Assembly: GCA_964520865.1 (NCBI GenBank) | Contig: CAZFOY010000005.1 | Coordinates: 5,737 to 69,736 of the forward strand | DNA from: an uncultured Ignavibacteriales bacterium | Lineage (GTDB): Bacteria > Zixibacteria > MSB-5A5 > GN15 > FEB-12 | Direction: 5' to 3' | Length of the DNA: 64,000 nt | Part shown: positions 18,041-27,267 of the stretch, one piece after another | How the letters are laid out: each line of letters opens with the position of its first letter | How positions within the stretch are numbered: the first letter of the stretch is position 1 | Notes under the pieces: generated by a model | Databases searched by the model: none | What the model was told of the DNA's origin: nothing | The model's input: only the letters and a program-made list of their open reading frames with translations | Made by a program: the position numbers and the translations under genes

Positions 18041-18806
18041 AAGGATTTTCCAATGGATCTATAGGTTCATCGTTTATCCTGATCTCATAGTGAAGATGCG
18101 GCGCGGTCGAGATGCCGGTATTGCCGCTGAGGGCAAGACGGGCGCCAGCCATCACCTTCTGTCCTTTCTTCACGAGCAGTTGCTCATTGTGTCCGTACAC
18201 CGTCTCCACGCTGTCGTTGTGCCGCAAGACCACCATGTATCCATAGGTGGAATCGTAATCCGCAAACTCAACCGTACCCGAAGCGGTCGCGAGGACCGGT
18301 GTCCCGATCGCACAGGCGATGTCTATCCCAGGATGATAGTGGTTATCATTCGCCGTGTCAAAGTCCTGAGTTATGAATCCTTGTATCGGCATTCCCGAGG
18401 GTAAAGATAAGTTGTCGGCGAGCGGTCGATCGACCGTAGCCCCTTCTTTTTGCTCCACCGAAGCGAAAATCGTGGAATCATCGGGTATTTCAGGGAAATC
18501 GATATTTATTCCGGCAATCTGGGTCAACCGTGTGACGATTTCGCGCGCTTTCACGAGATTGTCTTCGAGCAGCTGAACTTTATACTGATAGCGGAGCAGA
18601 CGTTGATTCTCGCGGGCGAGTTTGTCGGCTGTCGCGGCGCGCGTTAACACTTTGCCGTAGAACGCAAAGAAGACGATAATCCCGACAATCAGGAATGCTA
18701 TGAAACCGAGCACGAACTTGAGCACCCACTGCTTGATCCGAAATCCGCGCCTGCTCTCCGCACCGTCGGGGATCAGCATCACCGTAACATATTTGGATGC
18801 AGCCAT
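18018..18806 (-). CDS. M23 (LytM-type) metallopeptidase with N-terminal membrane anchor and coiled coil
   Basis: HPGIDIA and GNTGISTAPHLHYEIRIN zinc-binding motifs. TM segment FVLGFIAFLIVGIIVFFAFY. The ATG at 18806 lies 2 nt after the parB stop. Confidence 0.9.
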   Translation of the reverse strand: MAASKYVTVMLIPDGAESRRGFRIKQWVLKFVLGFIAFLIVGIIVFFAFYGKVLTRAATADKLARENQRLLRYQYKVQLLEDNLVKAREIVTRLTQIAGINIDFPEIPDDSTIFASVEQKEGATVDRPLADNLSLPSGMPIQGFITQDFDTANDNHYHPGIDIACAIGTPVLATASGTVEFADYDSTYGYMVVLRHNDSVETVYGHNEQLLVKKGQKVMAGARLALSGNTGISTAPHLHYEIRINDEPIDPLENPYDKKNQQ

Positions 18807-18808
18807 GT

Positions 18809-19657
18809 CTAACTTTCGATCTTCTTGAACAGCTCCAGCAGTCGCTCGAGGTCGTCGTCTCCATAGTATTCGATTTCGATCCGGCCTTGTTTCAGTCCCG
18901 GGTTGATTTTTACCGAGGTACCGAGCAGACGCTTCAAATAGTTTTCGAACTCGGTGAGGGCCGGAATCTTCTTTTTCGGAATCAGCCGGCGCTTTTTCGT
19001 TCGGCTGGTCACATGCTCCACTTCGCGCACCGACATCGAATCATTCACGATCTGTTCCGCCAGCTTGACCATCTCGACTTCGTTGTCGAGCGCAAGGATC
19101 GCGCGGGCGTGCCCTTCGGTCAGCTTGCCATGACGGATCATCGATTTGATCGAATCGGGAAGGGTGTTCAATCGAAGCATGTTGGTAACGGCGGAGCGGC
19201 TCCGGCCGACGCGGTCGCCCAGTTGCGCCTGGGTCAGGCCGCACTCTTCGATCAGCCGACGATATCCTTCGGCCGTTTCCATCGGGTTGAGATTCTCGCG
19301 CTGCAGGTTCTCGACCAGCGCCATCTCGAGCATCTGTGTGTCGGAGACGTCGTCCATCTGCAGCACCGGGACCTCGGTCATGCCGGCCAGACGGGCCGCG
19401 CGATAACGCCGTTCCCCCGCGATAATGGTAAACCCGGACCCATTAGGTCGAACAAGCAGCGGCTGCATGATGCCGTTCTCCTTGAACGACTGCGCCAGCT
19501 GCATCAGGCTCTCCTGGTCGAACTCCCGACGCGGCTGCATCGGGTTGGGTGCGATCCGGTCGAGCGAGATCGTCTTGAGTCTGCGCGTTTCTGCCGTCTG
19601 CGTATCGTCAGCGGGGATAAGCGCCCCGAGTCCTTTTCCTAATACCAGCTTGCTCAT
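18809..19657 (-). CDS. parB: Chromosome partitioning protein ParB (Spo0J)
   Basis: GKGLGALIP, PNPMQPRREFDQESLMQLAQSFKENGIMQPLLVRP...IIAGERRYRAARLAG, HTH region GLTQAQLGDRVGRSRSAVTNMLRL. Confidence 0.95.
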   Translation of the reverse strand: MSKLVLGKGLGALIPADDTQTAETRRLKTISLDRIAPNPMQPRREFDQESLMQLAQSFKENGIMQPLLVRPNGSGFTIIAGERRYRAARLAGMTEVPVLQMDDVSDTQMLEMALVENLQRENLNPMETAEGYRRLIEECGLTQAQLGDRVGRSRSAVTNMLRLNTLPDSIKSMIRHGKLTEGHARAILALDNEVEMVKLAEQIVNDSMSVREVEHVTSRTKKRRLIPKKKIPALTEFENYLKRLLGTSVKINPGLKQGRIEIEYYGDDDLERLLELFKKIES

Positions 19658-20412
19658 TGTGACAACACCTCTTTGGTAAGTGACATGTAATTTTCCGCTC
19701 CGGTCGACAGGATATCGTACAGGATGATCGGTTTGCCGAACGAAGGTGCTTCGGAGAGGCGCACGTTGCGCGAGATGACCGTGTCGTACACCTTCTTGTT
19801 GAAATGCTTGCGCACCTCTTCGGAAACCTGCCGCGACAGATTCAACCGGCCGTCGAACATCGTCAGCAGCACTCCTTCGATCTGCAGGGTCGGATTCAAA
19901 TTATCCTGCACCAGTTTCACCGTGTTCATCAGCTGCCCGAGTCCTTCGAGGGCATAGTACTCGCACTGAATTGGTACGATGATCGAGTCGGCCGCCGTCA
20001 ACGAATTAATCGTCAGCAGTCCGAGCGAAGGGGGACAGTCAATGATGATGTATTCGTATTCGTCTTTGATCTCGGAGAGTGCACTCTTCAGTCTCGTCTC
20101 GCGGGCGATCATACTCACCAGCTCGACTTCGGCGCCGACCAGGGAGATCGACGACGGCACCAGGGTGAGGTACTGAAGATCGGTGGCCCGGATAACTTCG
20201 CGGATCGGCCGCGCCCCCAGAAGGATATCATAGACCGATGATTCTATTTTGTTCTTATCGACTCCGAGCCCGCTGGTCGAGTTGGCCTGCGGGTCCATAT
20301 CGATCAAGCAGGTCTTGTGCTCGGCCGCCGCCAGGCAGGAGCTGAGATTGATAGCCGTTGTCGTTTTTCCCACACCACCCTTTTGATTGGTAATGGCGAT
20401 TATTTTATTCAC
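19654..20412 (-). CDS. parA: Chromosome partitioning ATPase ParA (Soj)
   Basis: Deviant Walker A NQKGGVGKTTT. ParA-typical DMDPQANST, IIIDCPPSLG. 4-nt overlap with parB. Confidence 0.95.
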   Translation of the reverse strand: MNKIIAITNQKGGVGKTTTAINLSSCLAAAEHKTCLIDMDPQANSTSGLGVDKNKIESSVYDILLGARPIREVIRATDLQYLTLVPSSISLVGAEVELVSMIARETRLKSALSEIKDEYEYIIIDCPPSLGLLTINSLTAADSIIVPIQCEYYALEGLGQLMNTVKLVQDNLNPTLQIEGVLLTMFDGRLNLSRQVSEEVRKHFNKKVYDTVISRNVRLSEAPSFGKPIILYDILSTGAENYMSLTKEVLSQ

Positions 20413-20501
20413 CTAACACTCCTTGTTACGCATATCAAGCTATCCCAAAAGAGATTAAACTGCCTCAAAATACGAATCAACTAAAAAACTCAAGCCTTGC
20501 A

Positions 20502-21125
20502 CTACTTTCTTGTCATAAGCGTAAATGACTTCGCTACATCGGACTCCCCCGACCGATATCTGACCGTCTCGGCACGAATTGAACCCGGAAGGTTCAACCC
20601 CTCGGGCGAAGCATAGTAGATGAAACTCCCGCGGTCGGCAAGACAGGGAAGGATCTTCTTCAGCAGCGGGGGGGTGAGGCGGACGAGGCGGAGAGTGATC
20701 AGATCGAACGAGCTGGGCGACTTGAATTCTTCAAATGTCCTGTTTTCGATTCTTATATTACTGCCGGACAATTCACTCAGCGACGATGTTATCCGATCCA
20801 AAGCCGCTGCTTTCTTAGTCGTTCGTTCCACCAGGACGGCCTCGCCTATCGGCTGAGTGAGCAGGATCGGAAAGGCGGGGAATCCGCCGCCAGTCCCGAT
20901 ATCAAGGTAATGGGAAACCGGACCGGAATCGATCAAATCGAACGGAAGTAAAGACTCGGCAGTCAGCCGCCTGAGATCATCGCGCGATGTTTCACGTGAA
21001 ACCAGGTTGACCCGGGAATTTTCTTCAAGAAGGGCATCGAAATACGATTCGAGCTTTCCCGCCGGATCATACTTCTCCAAAACGGAAGCAATATCGAGCG
21101 TAATCTCTCGGAAAGCAGGAATCAT
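20502..21125 (-). CDS. rsmG: 16S rRNA (guanine527-N7)-methyltransferase RsmG (GidB)
   Basis: NSRVNLVSRETSRDDLRRLTAESLL...YLDIGTGGGFPAFPI is the GidB pattern. 4-nt overlap with mnmG. Confidence 0.9.
   Translation of the reverse strand: MIPAFREITLDIASVLEKYDPAGKLESYFDALLEENSRVNLVSRETSRDDLRRLTAESLLPFDLIDSGPVSHYLDIGTGGGFPAFPILLTQPIGEAVLVERTTKKAAALDRITSSLSELSGSNIRIENRTFEEFKSPSSFDLITLRLVRLTPPLLKKILPCLADRGSFIYYASPEGLNLPGSIRAETVRYRSGESDVAKSFTLMTRK
20988..21003. promoter_or_regulatory. parS centromere-like site (15/16 match to TGTTTCACGTGAAACA)
   Basis: TGTTTCACGTGAAACC inside the rsmG coding region, 0.6 kb from parA. Confidence 0.65.
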
Positions 21126-22990
21126 TGGGCGTTGGCCTTGAATCGCTTGAGATAAACTGAGAGAACTGCGACATCGCCGGGCGTCACTCCTTCGAGCCGA
21201 CCAGCCTGACCGAGAGAACCGGGGCGATAGCGCGAGAGCTTCTCCAGAGCTTCGGTCTTGAGCCCTTTGATTTCACCGAAATCGAACTGCTCCGGAATCC
21301 GTTCCTTTTCCATCCGCTTGAACTTGTCGATCTCGCGCTGCTGTTTGGCAATGTAGCCGTGATATCTAATATGAATCGCCGCCCGTTCCAGAATCTCCGG
21401 ATCGGTGGAGAACTCGCCGTTGAATCTGGCCAGAATCGGAATCACCTCATTAATAGTGACACCTGGCTGTTTGAGCAGCTCTTCCAGACTGACCTTATCT
21501 TTCTTGACGAATCGTCCGCCGAGATCTCCGAGTTCGCTGACTGCGACCCGCTTGCGCCTAAGCAACGAAATTTCTTTCTCGGTCTTCTCTCGGATATCCG
21601 CGAACGAACTGAATTCCTTGTCTGAGATCAGATTATACCTCCTGGCGTACTCATGCAGGCGGTCGCGGGCGTTATCCTCACGGAGAGCCAGTCGGTACTC
21701 AGCCCGGGAAGTGAACAGCCGATAAGGTTCAGTGGTAGACCGGGTGGTCAGATCATCGATCATCACCCCGATGTATGCTTCCGACCTGTCCAATACGAAC
21801 GGCGGTTCCTTCTCGATCGAAAGGACGGCATTGATCCCGGCCATCAAACCCTGCCCGGCTGCTTCTTCGTATCCCGAAGTTCCATTGATCTGCCCGGCCA
21901 GGAACAGTCCGGGGAGCCGTCTTGTCTCGAGCGACTGCTTGATCTGGTAAGCCGGGCAATAATCGTACTCGACTGCGTAGCCCGGTCTGACGATTTCGAC
22001 ATGCTCAAGTCCGGTCACCGTCCGGATCGCCTCGAATTGGACATCTTCCGGGAGCGATGTCGAGAAGCCGTTGGGGTATATCTCGTTAGTGCCGTTGCCT
22101 TCCGGTTCAAGGAAGAGCTGGTGGCGCTCCTTATCGGCGAATCGGTAGAACTTGTCCTCGATCGATGGGCAGTATCTCGGTCCCTTTGAGTCGATCTGAC
22201 CGGAGAAGATGGGAGAGCGGTGGAAATTAGCCGAGATGATCTCGCGCGTCCGCTCGGTTGTGTAGGTCAGGTGACAGGGGATCTGTTCGAAGGGAGCTCG
22301 CTCGCTCCGGGTAGAGAAAAACGGAATCGGCTCTTCGCCCGGCTGTATTTCACACTTTGACCAGTCGATTGTATCGCCGTTGAGTCGGGGCGGGGTTCCG
22401 GTCTTGAGCCGGCCGAGTTCAAACCCGATTTCCCAAAACGAATCGGACAGCCTGTACGCGGCATCTTCGCCGATTCGACCTGCCTTGATCTTCTTCTCAC
22501 CGATATGAATCAGCCCGCCAAGAAATGTTCCGGTGGCGATTACGACCGCTCTCGATGAAATCGGCTCACCGGTCTCAAGACGGATGCCGGATGTACTGCC
22601 ATCGGAAACGAGAATCTGACCGGCCAGCCCCTGGATCACTTCGATCCGGCGATTCGCTTCGACCGCCGCGACCACGTACTCGTTATATTTGATTCGATCG
22701 GCCTGGGCGCGGGTCGACCAGACGGCCGGACCTCGGGAGAGGTTGAGCCGGCGGAACTGGATCCCGGTGGCATCGATCGCCTCGGCCATCAGCCCACCGA
22801 GAGCATCGATTTCCTTTACCAGGTGAGATTTGCCGATTCCGCCGATCGCCGGATTGCAGGACATCAGCGCCAACTTCCCGGCATCCATCGTAACGATCGC
22901 CGCCGTTTTGCCCATGCGGGCAACCGCAAGCGCGGCTTCGACCCCGGCGTGCCCGCCACCGATCACTATTACATCATAATCGTATGTCAT
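21122..22990 (-). CDS. mnmG: tRNA uridine-5-carboxymethylaminomethyl modification enzyme MnmG (GidA)
   Basis: YDVIVIGGGHAGVEAA FAD motif and full-length GidA similarity (SCNPAIGGIGKSHLVKEIDALGG..., GQINGTSGYEEAAGQG). Confidence 0.96.
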   Translation of the reverse strand: MTYDYDVIVIGGGHAGVEAALAVARMGKTAAIVTMDAGKLALMSCNPAIGGIGKSHLVKEIDALGGLMAEAIDATGIQFRRLNLSRGPAVWSTRAQADRIKYNEYVVAAVEANRRIEVIQGLAGQILVSDGSTSGIRLETGEPISSRAVVIATGTFLGGLIHIGEKKIKAGRIGEDAAYRLSDSFWEIGFELGRLKTGTPPRLNGDTIDWSKCEIQPGEEPIPFFSTRSERAPFEQIPCHLTYTTERTREIISANFHRSPIFSGQIDSKGPRYCPSIEDKFYRFADKERHQLFLEPEGNGTNEIYPNGFSTSLPEDVQFEAIRTVTGLEHVEIVRPGYAVEYDYCPAYQIKQSLETRRLPGLFLAGQINGTSGYEEAAGQGLMAGINAVLSIEKEPPFVLDRSEAYIGVMIDDLTTRSTTEPYRLFTSRAEYRLALREDNARDRLHEYARRYNLISDKEFSSFADIREKTEKEISLLRRKRVAVSELGDLGGRFVKKDKVSLEELLKQPGVTINEVIPILARFNGEFSTDPEILERAAIHIRYHGYIAKQQREIDKFKRMEKERIPEQFDFGEIKGLKTEALEKLSRYRPGSLGQAGRLEGVTPGDVAVLSVYLKRFKANAQ

Positions 22991-23114
22991 TTATGGCAGT
23001 ATATCTTTATCTCAGCAGTTTGTCGAATATAGAAGGCCAATTTAGGCCATTTCGACCGGCAATTCAACAGCTATTATACGAACGGGAGAGGTTTGTTTCG
23101 CAGACCAGAGAGGA

Positions 23115-23130
23115 TGTTTCACGTGGAACG
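23115..23130. promoter_or_regulatory. parS-like site (14/16 match)
   Basis: TGTTTCACGTGGAACG in the mnmE-mnmG intergenic spacer. Confidence 0.45.
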
Positions 23131-23139
23131 TTGCGAGGG

Positions 23140-24612
23140 CTACTTACCGATGCAGAACTTGGCGAAAATGCGCCCGAGGATATCCTCGTTATAGACTTTG
23201 CCGGTGATTTCGTCGATGCAATTTACCGCCTGGCGAAGATCAAAAGCGGTAAGCTCCGGCGTCTCACCTTGCGTGATTTTCTTGCGGGCGGCCCGAAGGT
23301 GCTTCAGCGAGGCGGTCAGTTTCTGATGATGGCGGGCTGAAGTCACGATGACGCCCGAAGTCAGGTCAGGCATTCCCACATTAATATAGTGTACGAGTCT
23401 CTTCTTGAGTTGATCGATACCCACTCCGGTCTTGCAGGAGACGCTCAGATGGTCATTAGCCTCAGGGAATTCCACTTTCGCAGACTTCCTTATGCAGTCT
23501 AATTTATTGCCTAACAGAAGCATACGTTCGCTGTTCAGTTCCTGCACATCGCTTTCAAGTTGCTTGCGCCAGGATTTTTGAGTGAGATCCGTCATCCAGA
23601 CTATCAGATCCGCCGTCTCCATGATTTTCCGCGCCGACTTCTGACCTTCCTTTTCAATTCGTCCCGATGTCTGCCTGAGCCCGGCCGTATCGATCAGGTT
23701 GACTTTGAAACCTTCCAGATCGATCCACTCCGACAGGTAGTCCCGGGTGGTCCCGGCAGTCGGCGTCACCAGGGCGCGCTCCTGCTTCAAAAGCAGATTG
23801 AAAAGAGAGGATTTCCCTGCATTCGGTCGTCCGCTGATGACTATACGAAATCCCTCGTTGATTATCCGGCCGCTGACATATGTCTCAGCCAGCTCTTTGA
23901 TGCTTCGTTCTACAATTGTTATATTATTTGACAGCTTAGCTTTATCTGCCGGATCAAGCTCGTCCTCCGGATAGTCGATCGAAGCTTCAACTTCGGCAAT
24001 AACACCTATCATCATGTCTCGCAAGTTCTTAATATGTTCATGATAAGGTCCGAGGAGGTGACTTTTCGCCGCAGAGTACGAGCTTTCGGTATTGGCGGCA
24101 ATGATCTCGGCGACCGCCTCGGCTCTCGTTAGATCAATCCTGCCCGCGAGGAAAGCAAGCCTGGTGAATTCTCCCGGCTCAGCGATTCTCACCGACTCGG
24201 CGGTGATTACATCCTGTATCGATTTGACCACCTGGCGCCCGCCGTGGCAATAGATCTCCACCTGGTCTTTGCCGGTGTACGAATGATTCTCCGGCATGTA
24301 GACCGCCATGATTTCATCGATGACTTCGCCGTCTTTATTCCGGAAGTAGCCATAGTGCATGTGGAACGGTGCGAACTCAACTTTGTCCGCCGATTTCGGG
24401 CTGAAATGCTGCAGGAGGATGGATCGGCTGCGGGGGCCGGCGATTCGCAACGCCGCAATACCCCCTTCACCGGGAGGAGTTATGACCGCAACGATAGTAT
24501 CGTTGTCGAGAGAAGATCCGTTCTTTTTTTTTTCACTGCCATCGAAAGAGTGCACTCCTCTACGCGGTCTTGACGTCAGGATTCTTAATCGCCTTGCGCT
24601 TGAACGCGACAT
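23140..24612 (-). CDS. mnmE: tRNA modification GTPase MnmE (TrmE); 5' end uncertain
   Basis: DTIVAVITPPGEGGIAALRIAGP, G-domain GRPNAGKSSLFN...DTAGLR, C-terminal FCIGK. The track start (24612) overlaps yidC by 53 nt and adds an Arg-rich extension. See the finding on the A10 tract. Confidence 0.9.
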   Translation of the reverse strand: MSRSSARRLRILTSRPRRGVHSFDGSEKKKNGSSLDNDTIVAVITPPGEGGIAALRIAGPRSRSILLQHFSPKSADKVEFAPFHMHYGYFRNKDGEVIDEIMAVYMPENHSYTGKDQVEIYCHGGRQVVKSIQDVITAESVRIAEPGEFTRLAFLAGRIDLTRAEAVAEIIAANTESSYSAAKSHLLGPYHEHIKNLRDMMIGVIAEVEASIDYPEDELDPADKAKLSNNITIVERSIKELAETYVSGRIINEGFRIVISGRPNAGKSSLFNLLLKQERALVTPTAGTTRDYLSEWIDLEGFKVNLIDTAGLRQTSGRIEKEGQKSARKIMETADLIVWMTDLTQKSWRKQLESDVQELNSERMLLLGNKLDCIRKSAKVEFPEANDHLSVSCKTGVGIDQLKKRLVHYINVGMPDLTSGVIVTSARHHQKLTASLKHLRAARKKITQGETPELTAFDLRQAVNCIDEITGKVYNEDILGRIFAKFCIGK

Positions 24613-26317
24613 AGTCCAGGAGCGAGAAGAACGCGAAACAGGTCCAGTACAAGACGAGTCCGGCCGAGAACCGGTAGAACAGGAAGCCCATGAAGAGCGG
24701 CATGACGTATCCCATCATCTTGTTCTGCTGGGTCGACGCCATCGTCAGTTTCTGGGAGAGGAACTGTCCAACGATCATGATGACGACAAGGATGATGTAC
24801 GGATCCGTGAAGCTGCTTGCTCCGCGTGAAAGGTCGGTGATGAACCAGACGAAATTCGCGTTGCGAAGGAGAATGGTCGAGCGAAAGACCGAGAAGAGTG
24901 CAAAGAACAAGGGCATCTGGGGAAGCATCGGGAGACAGCCGGAGATCGGGTTCACCCCGTGCGTTTTGTACAATCGCATCATCTCCTGATTCATCGCCTG
25001 TGGATTCTTCTTATGCTTCTGCTTCAGCTCTTCGATCTTCGGCTGCAGCTCCTTCATCGCGTTCATCGATTTGAACGACTTCATCGACAGCGGCATCGTA
25101 ATAATCTTGATAAGCAAGGCGAAAATGATGATCACCAGCCCGTAGTTCGGGATAACCTTGTACATGCGCGGAAGCAGCCACATGATGCCAACTGCGAACG
25201 GCTTGATTATCCACCCGACAAACGGGGTGGTACCTATGCCGAGAATGTCCTGTAATCCGATATGATAGCTGGCCATCAGATTGTAGTCGAGCGGCCCGAC
25301 GAACACGCTGAAGGTGTCGGCAAACTGGCCGACCGCGGCAAAAGGCATCTCAACGCCGGCCGTGATCAGCTTCTGTTCGATCGATTTACCGTCGACCATG
25401 ATCTTATCTTTGGACCCTCGGGCAAGTACAGCGTCGGCTTCCCGGTTACGCGGAATGATCACGGCGGCAAAGTATTTGGATCTTACGCCGGCCCAGGATG
25501 AATTGCCCGGGAGCACCTGACTGAGTTTATCGTCTTTGAAGTCCTTCAGCGTCTCACGGCTGCCCGCCTGCATCGCCACCGCTTCCATAGCTTGATAGTC
25601 CGTTTCCGGCTGAGGTTCGGTGACACCGAGCGGTGTATTCCACATTAATGTATACTGGCGTTCGAATCCGAGCTTCACCCGGTTCTTTACTTCGACTACA
25701 AGATTGAAGTTGTACTTGTTCGGATAGAAGCTGTAGTGCTTAATGATCTCCCCGCCGTCTTTCGAAACGTAGGTATAGGTCAGGTTGACGGTATCGCTTG
25801 TGGCATCGTATTTCCCCGGCGACAGACTGCACTGATAGTTGACGCGGCTCGAGGAGAACGATCCTCCGGCAAACGATGCTTCGGGGGTGGCCGACTCGGC
25901 CGCCGGGAGCATCTCGATCTCGCCACCATCGCGATAATAGTAGTTGCGGAGTTTGAGTGACACCGGTCCGCCGCCGAACGAAGTGAGGATGGCCGTATAC
26001 TGCCGGGTGTTGACCACGACCGTGTCATGTGTCATCGCTTCCGTTGCTGTCATCGTGCTCTCAGGCTTAGCCTGTTCCGGTGCGGCCGCAGTGGAAGGTG
26101 AAGTTGAACTGGCGACTGTGGTATCAGTCACCTTGAAAGTGTCGACAGCATTGTGAGCCTGTTGGTATTCACGGCCGAGCGAGTCAATGACCATATCTTC
26201 TTTGCCGCTCGTTTTTTCCGGACTTGGTTTGTACAGCCCGAGGAATTCCATGATGGGGAAATAGAAGATGAGGAGAAGTGCGAGAATTGCTACCAGTATT
26301 ATAGTCTTCTTGTCCAA
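24560..26317 (-). CDS. yidC: Membrane protein insertase YidC (long periplasmic domain form)
   Basis: N-terminal TM, large periplasmic domain, conserved C-terminal core ...KSMNAMKELQPKIEELKQKHKKNPQAMNQEMMRLYKTHGVNPISGCLPMLPQMPLFFALF... Confidence 0.95.
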   Translation of the reverse strand: MDKKTIILVAILALLLIFYFPIMEFLGLYKPSPEKTSGKEDMVIDSLGREYQQAHNAVDTFKVTDTTVASSTSPSTAAAPEQAKPESTMTATEAMTHDTVVVNTRQYTAILTSFGGGPVSLKLRNYYYRDGGEIEMLPAAESATPEASFAGGSFSSSRVNYQCSLSPGKYDATSDTVNLTYTYVSKDGGEIIKHYSFYPNKYNFNLVVEVKNRVKLGFERQYTLMWNTPLGVTEPQPETDYQAMEAVAMQAGSRETLKDFKDDKLSQVLPGNSSWAGVRSKYFAAVIIPRNREADAVLARGSKDKIMVDGKSIEQKLITAGVEMPFAAVGQFADTFSVFVGPLDYNLMASYHIGLQDILGIGTTPFVGWIIKPFAVGIMWLLPRMYKVIPNYGLVIIIFALLIKIITMPLSMKSFKSMNAMKELQPKIEELKQKHKKNPQAMNQEMMRLYKTHGVNPISGCLPMLPQMPLFFALFSVFRSTILLRNANFVWFITDLSRGASSFTDPYIILVVIMIVGQFLSQKLTMASTQQNKMMGYVMPLFMGFLFYRFSAGLVLYWTCFAFFSLLDYVAFKRKAIKNPDVKTA

Positions 26318-26370
26318 ATTAACGTCCCTGTAGTATGTCCAATGATCTTTTATACTTCGCTTGCTTACGG

Positions 26371-26640
26371 TTATTCGACCGGATCATAGCCGCCTTCGTG
26401 CCAGGGGTGGCATTTCAGTATCCGCTTGACTGCCAACAGGCTGCCACGAAAAGCCCCGTACTTTTTGAGCGCATCCTCAGCATAATGAGAGCAGGTCGGC
26501 TCGAACCGGCACTGATTGCCAATGATCGGGGATAACGTGTAGCGGTACAAGTAGATAACAAATATCAGCGGATAGGCAAGATAGTGCGACAGGCTATGTC
26601 GAGGGGCGGATGCGGTCAAATATTCCACGGATTTCAGCAT
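26371..26640 (-). CDS. yidD: Membrane protein insertion efficiency factor YidD
   Basis: YRYTLSPIIGNQCRFEPTCSHYAEDALKKYGAFRGSLLAVKRILKCHPWHEGGYDPV. Confidence 0.9.
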   Translation of the reverse strand: MLKSVEYLTASAPRHSLSHYLAYPLIFVIYLYRYTLSPIIGNQCRFEPTCSHYAEDALKKYGAFRGSLLAVKRILKCHPWHEGGYDPVE

Positions 26641-26941
26641 CTATAGTTCTAAATTCAGGTTCGCGCCTGGTCGCTTTGGGCAAGACCGCGATCCTGATTC
26701 CAGCCGGTAAACCTGTCCGATTCAGCCGCACAGCTTCGCGGACGAGTCGTTTCACCCGGTTGCGTTTCGATGCCGTGCCGAAATGGCGTGATACCAGCAC
26801 ACCGTATTTGAACTGCTCACTCCTGTTCCAGACGACGGTCACCAGTTCCCCTGATATACGGTGGCCGGAGTTGAGCAGTTCACCGATTTCTCGGGCGCTC
26901 TTCAGGCTCAATGATCGGGGGAGTCTATTTCTTACGGCCAA
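26594..26941 (-). CDS. rnpA: Ribonuclease P protein component RnpA
   Basis: Position between rpmH and yidD. Basic protein with [17 protein letters not shown]...[14 protein letters not shown] (RNR-motif region). TTG start overlapping the rpmH tail. Confidence 0.85.
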   Translation of the reverse strand: MAVRNRLPRSLSLKSAREIGELLNSGHRISGELVTVVWNRSEQFKYGVLVSRHFGTASKRNRVKRLVREAVRLNRTGLPAGIRIAVLPKATRREPEFRTIDAEIRGIFDRIRPST

Positions 26942-27077
26942 CTTTGACGGTTAGTCTTTTTCTGCCTTTGGCGCGACGGCGGGCCAGTACTTTACGACCA
27001 CCCTTGGTAGCCATCCGGGCGCGGAAGCCGTGGTCGTTAAGCATCTTTTCGTTCGACGGTTGAAACGGTCTCTTCAT
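26925..27077 (-). CDS. rpmH: 50S ribosomal protein L34
   Basis: Below the track length cut-off, translated by hand: [50 protein letters not shown] (50 aa). Confidence 0.9.
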   Translation of the reverse strand: MKRPFQPSNEKMLNDHGFRARMATKGGRKVLARRRAKGRKRLTVKVGRKK

Positions 27078-27227
27078 AGTCGGTAAACCCTTAGTTTAAG
27101 CGAAGCAATATAACCGATTAATGTGACTCGTCAAGACATTAATTCCCCTGTGACAGGCTCTTCCGCTCGAGGAACGTTGCGGGGCCGCTTGCGGTTACAC
27201 TGAATCGCGCGTGCGCTTTGTCGCGAA

Positions 27228-27256
27228 TTGACAAAACGGCAAAACTGGATTATACT
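27228..27256 (+). promoter_or_regulatory. Near-consensus sigma70 promoter of greA
   Basis: TTGACA (27228-27233), 17-nt spacer, TATACT (27251-27256). The greA ATG is only 11 nt after the -10 hexamer. Confidence 0.6.
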
Positions 27257-27267
27257 ACTCCTTACTT

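Noticed and set aside
18797-19642. 281-aa plus-strand ORF.
   Set aside because: It is antisense shadow of parB, low-complexity (R/L/Q/H-rich), with no recognisable family.
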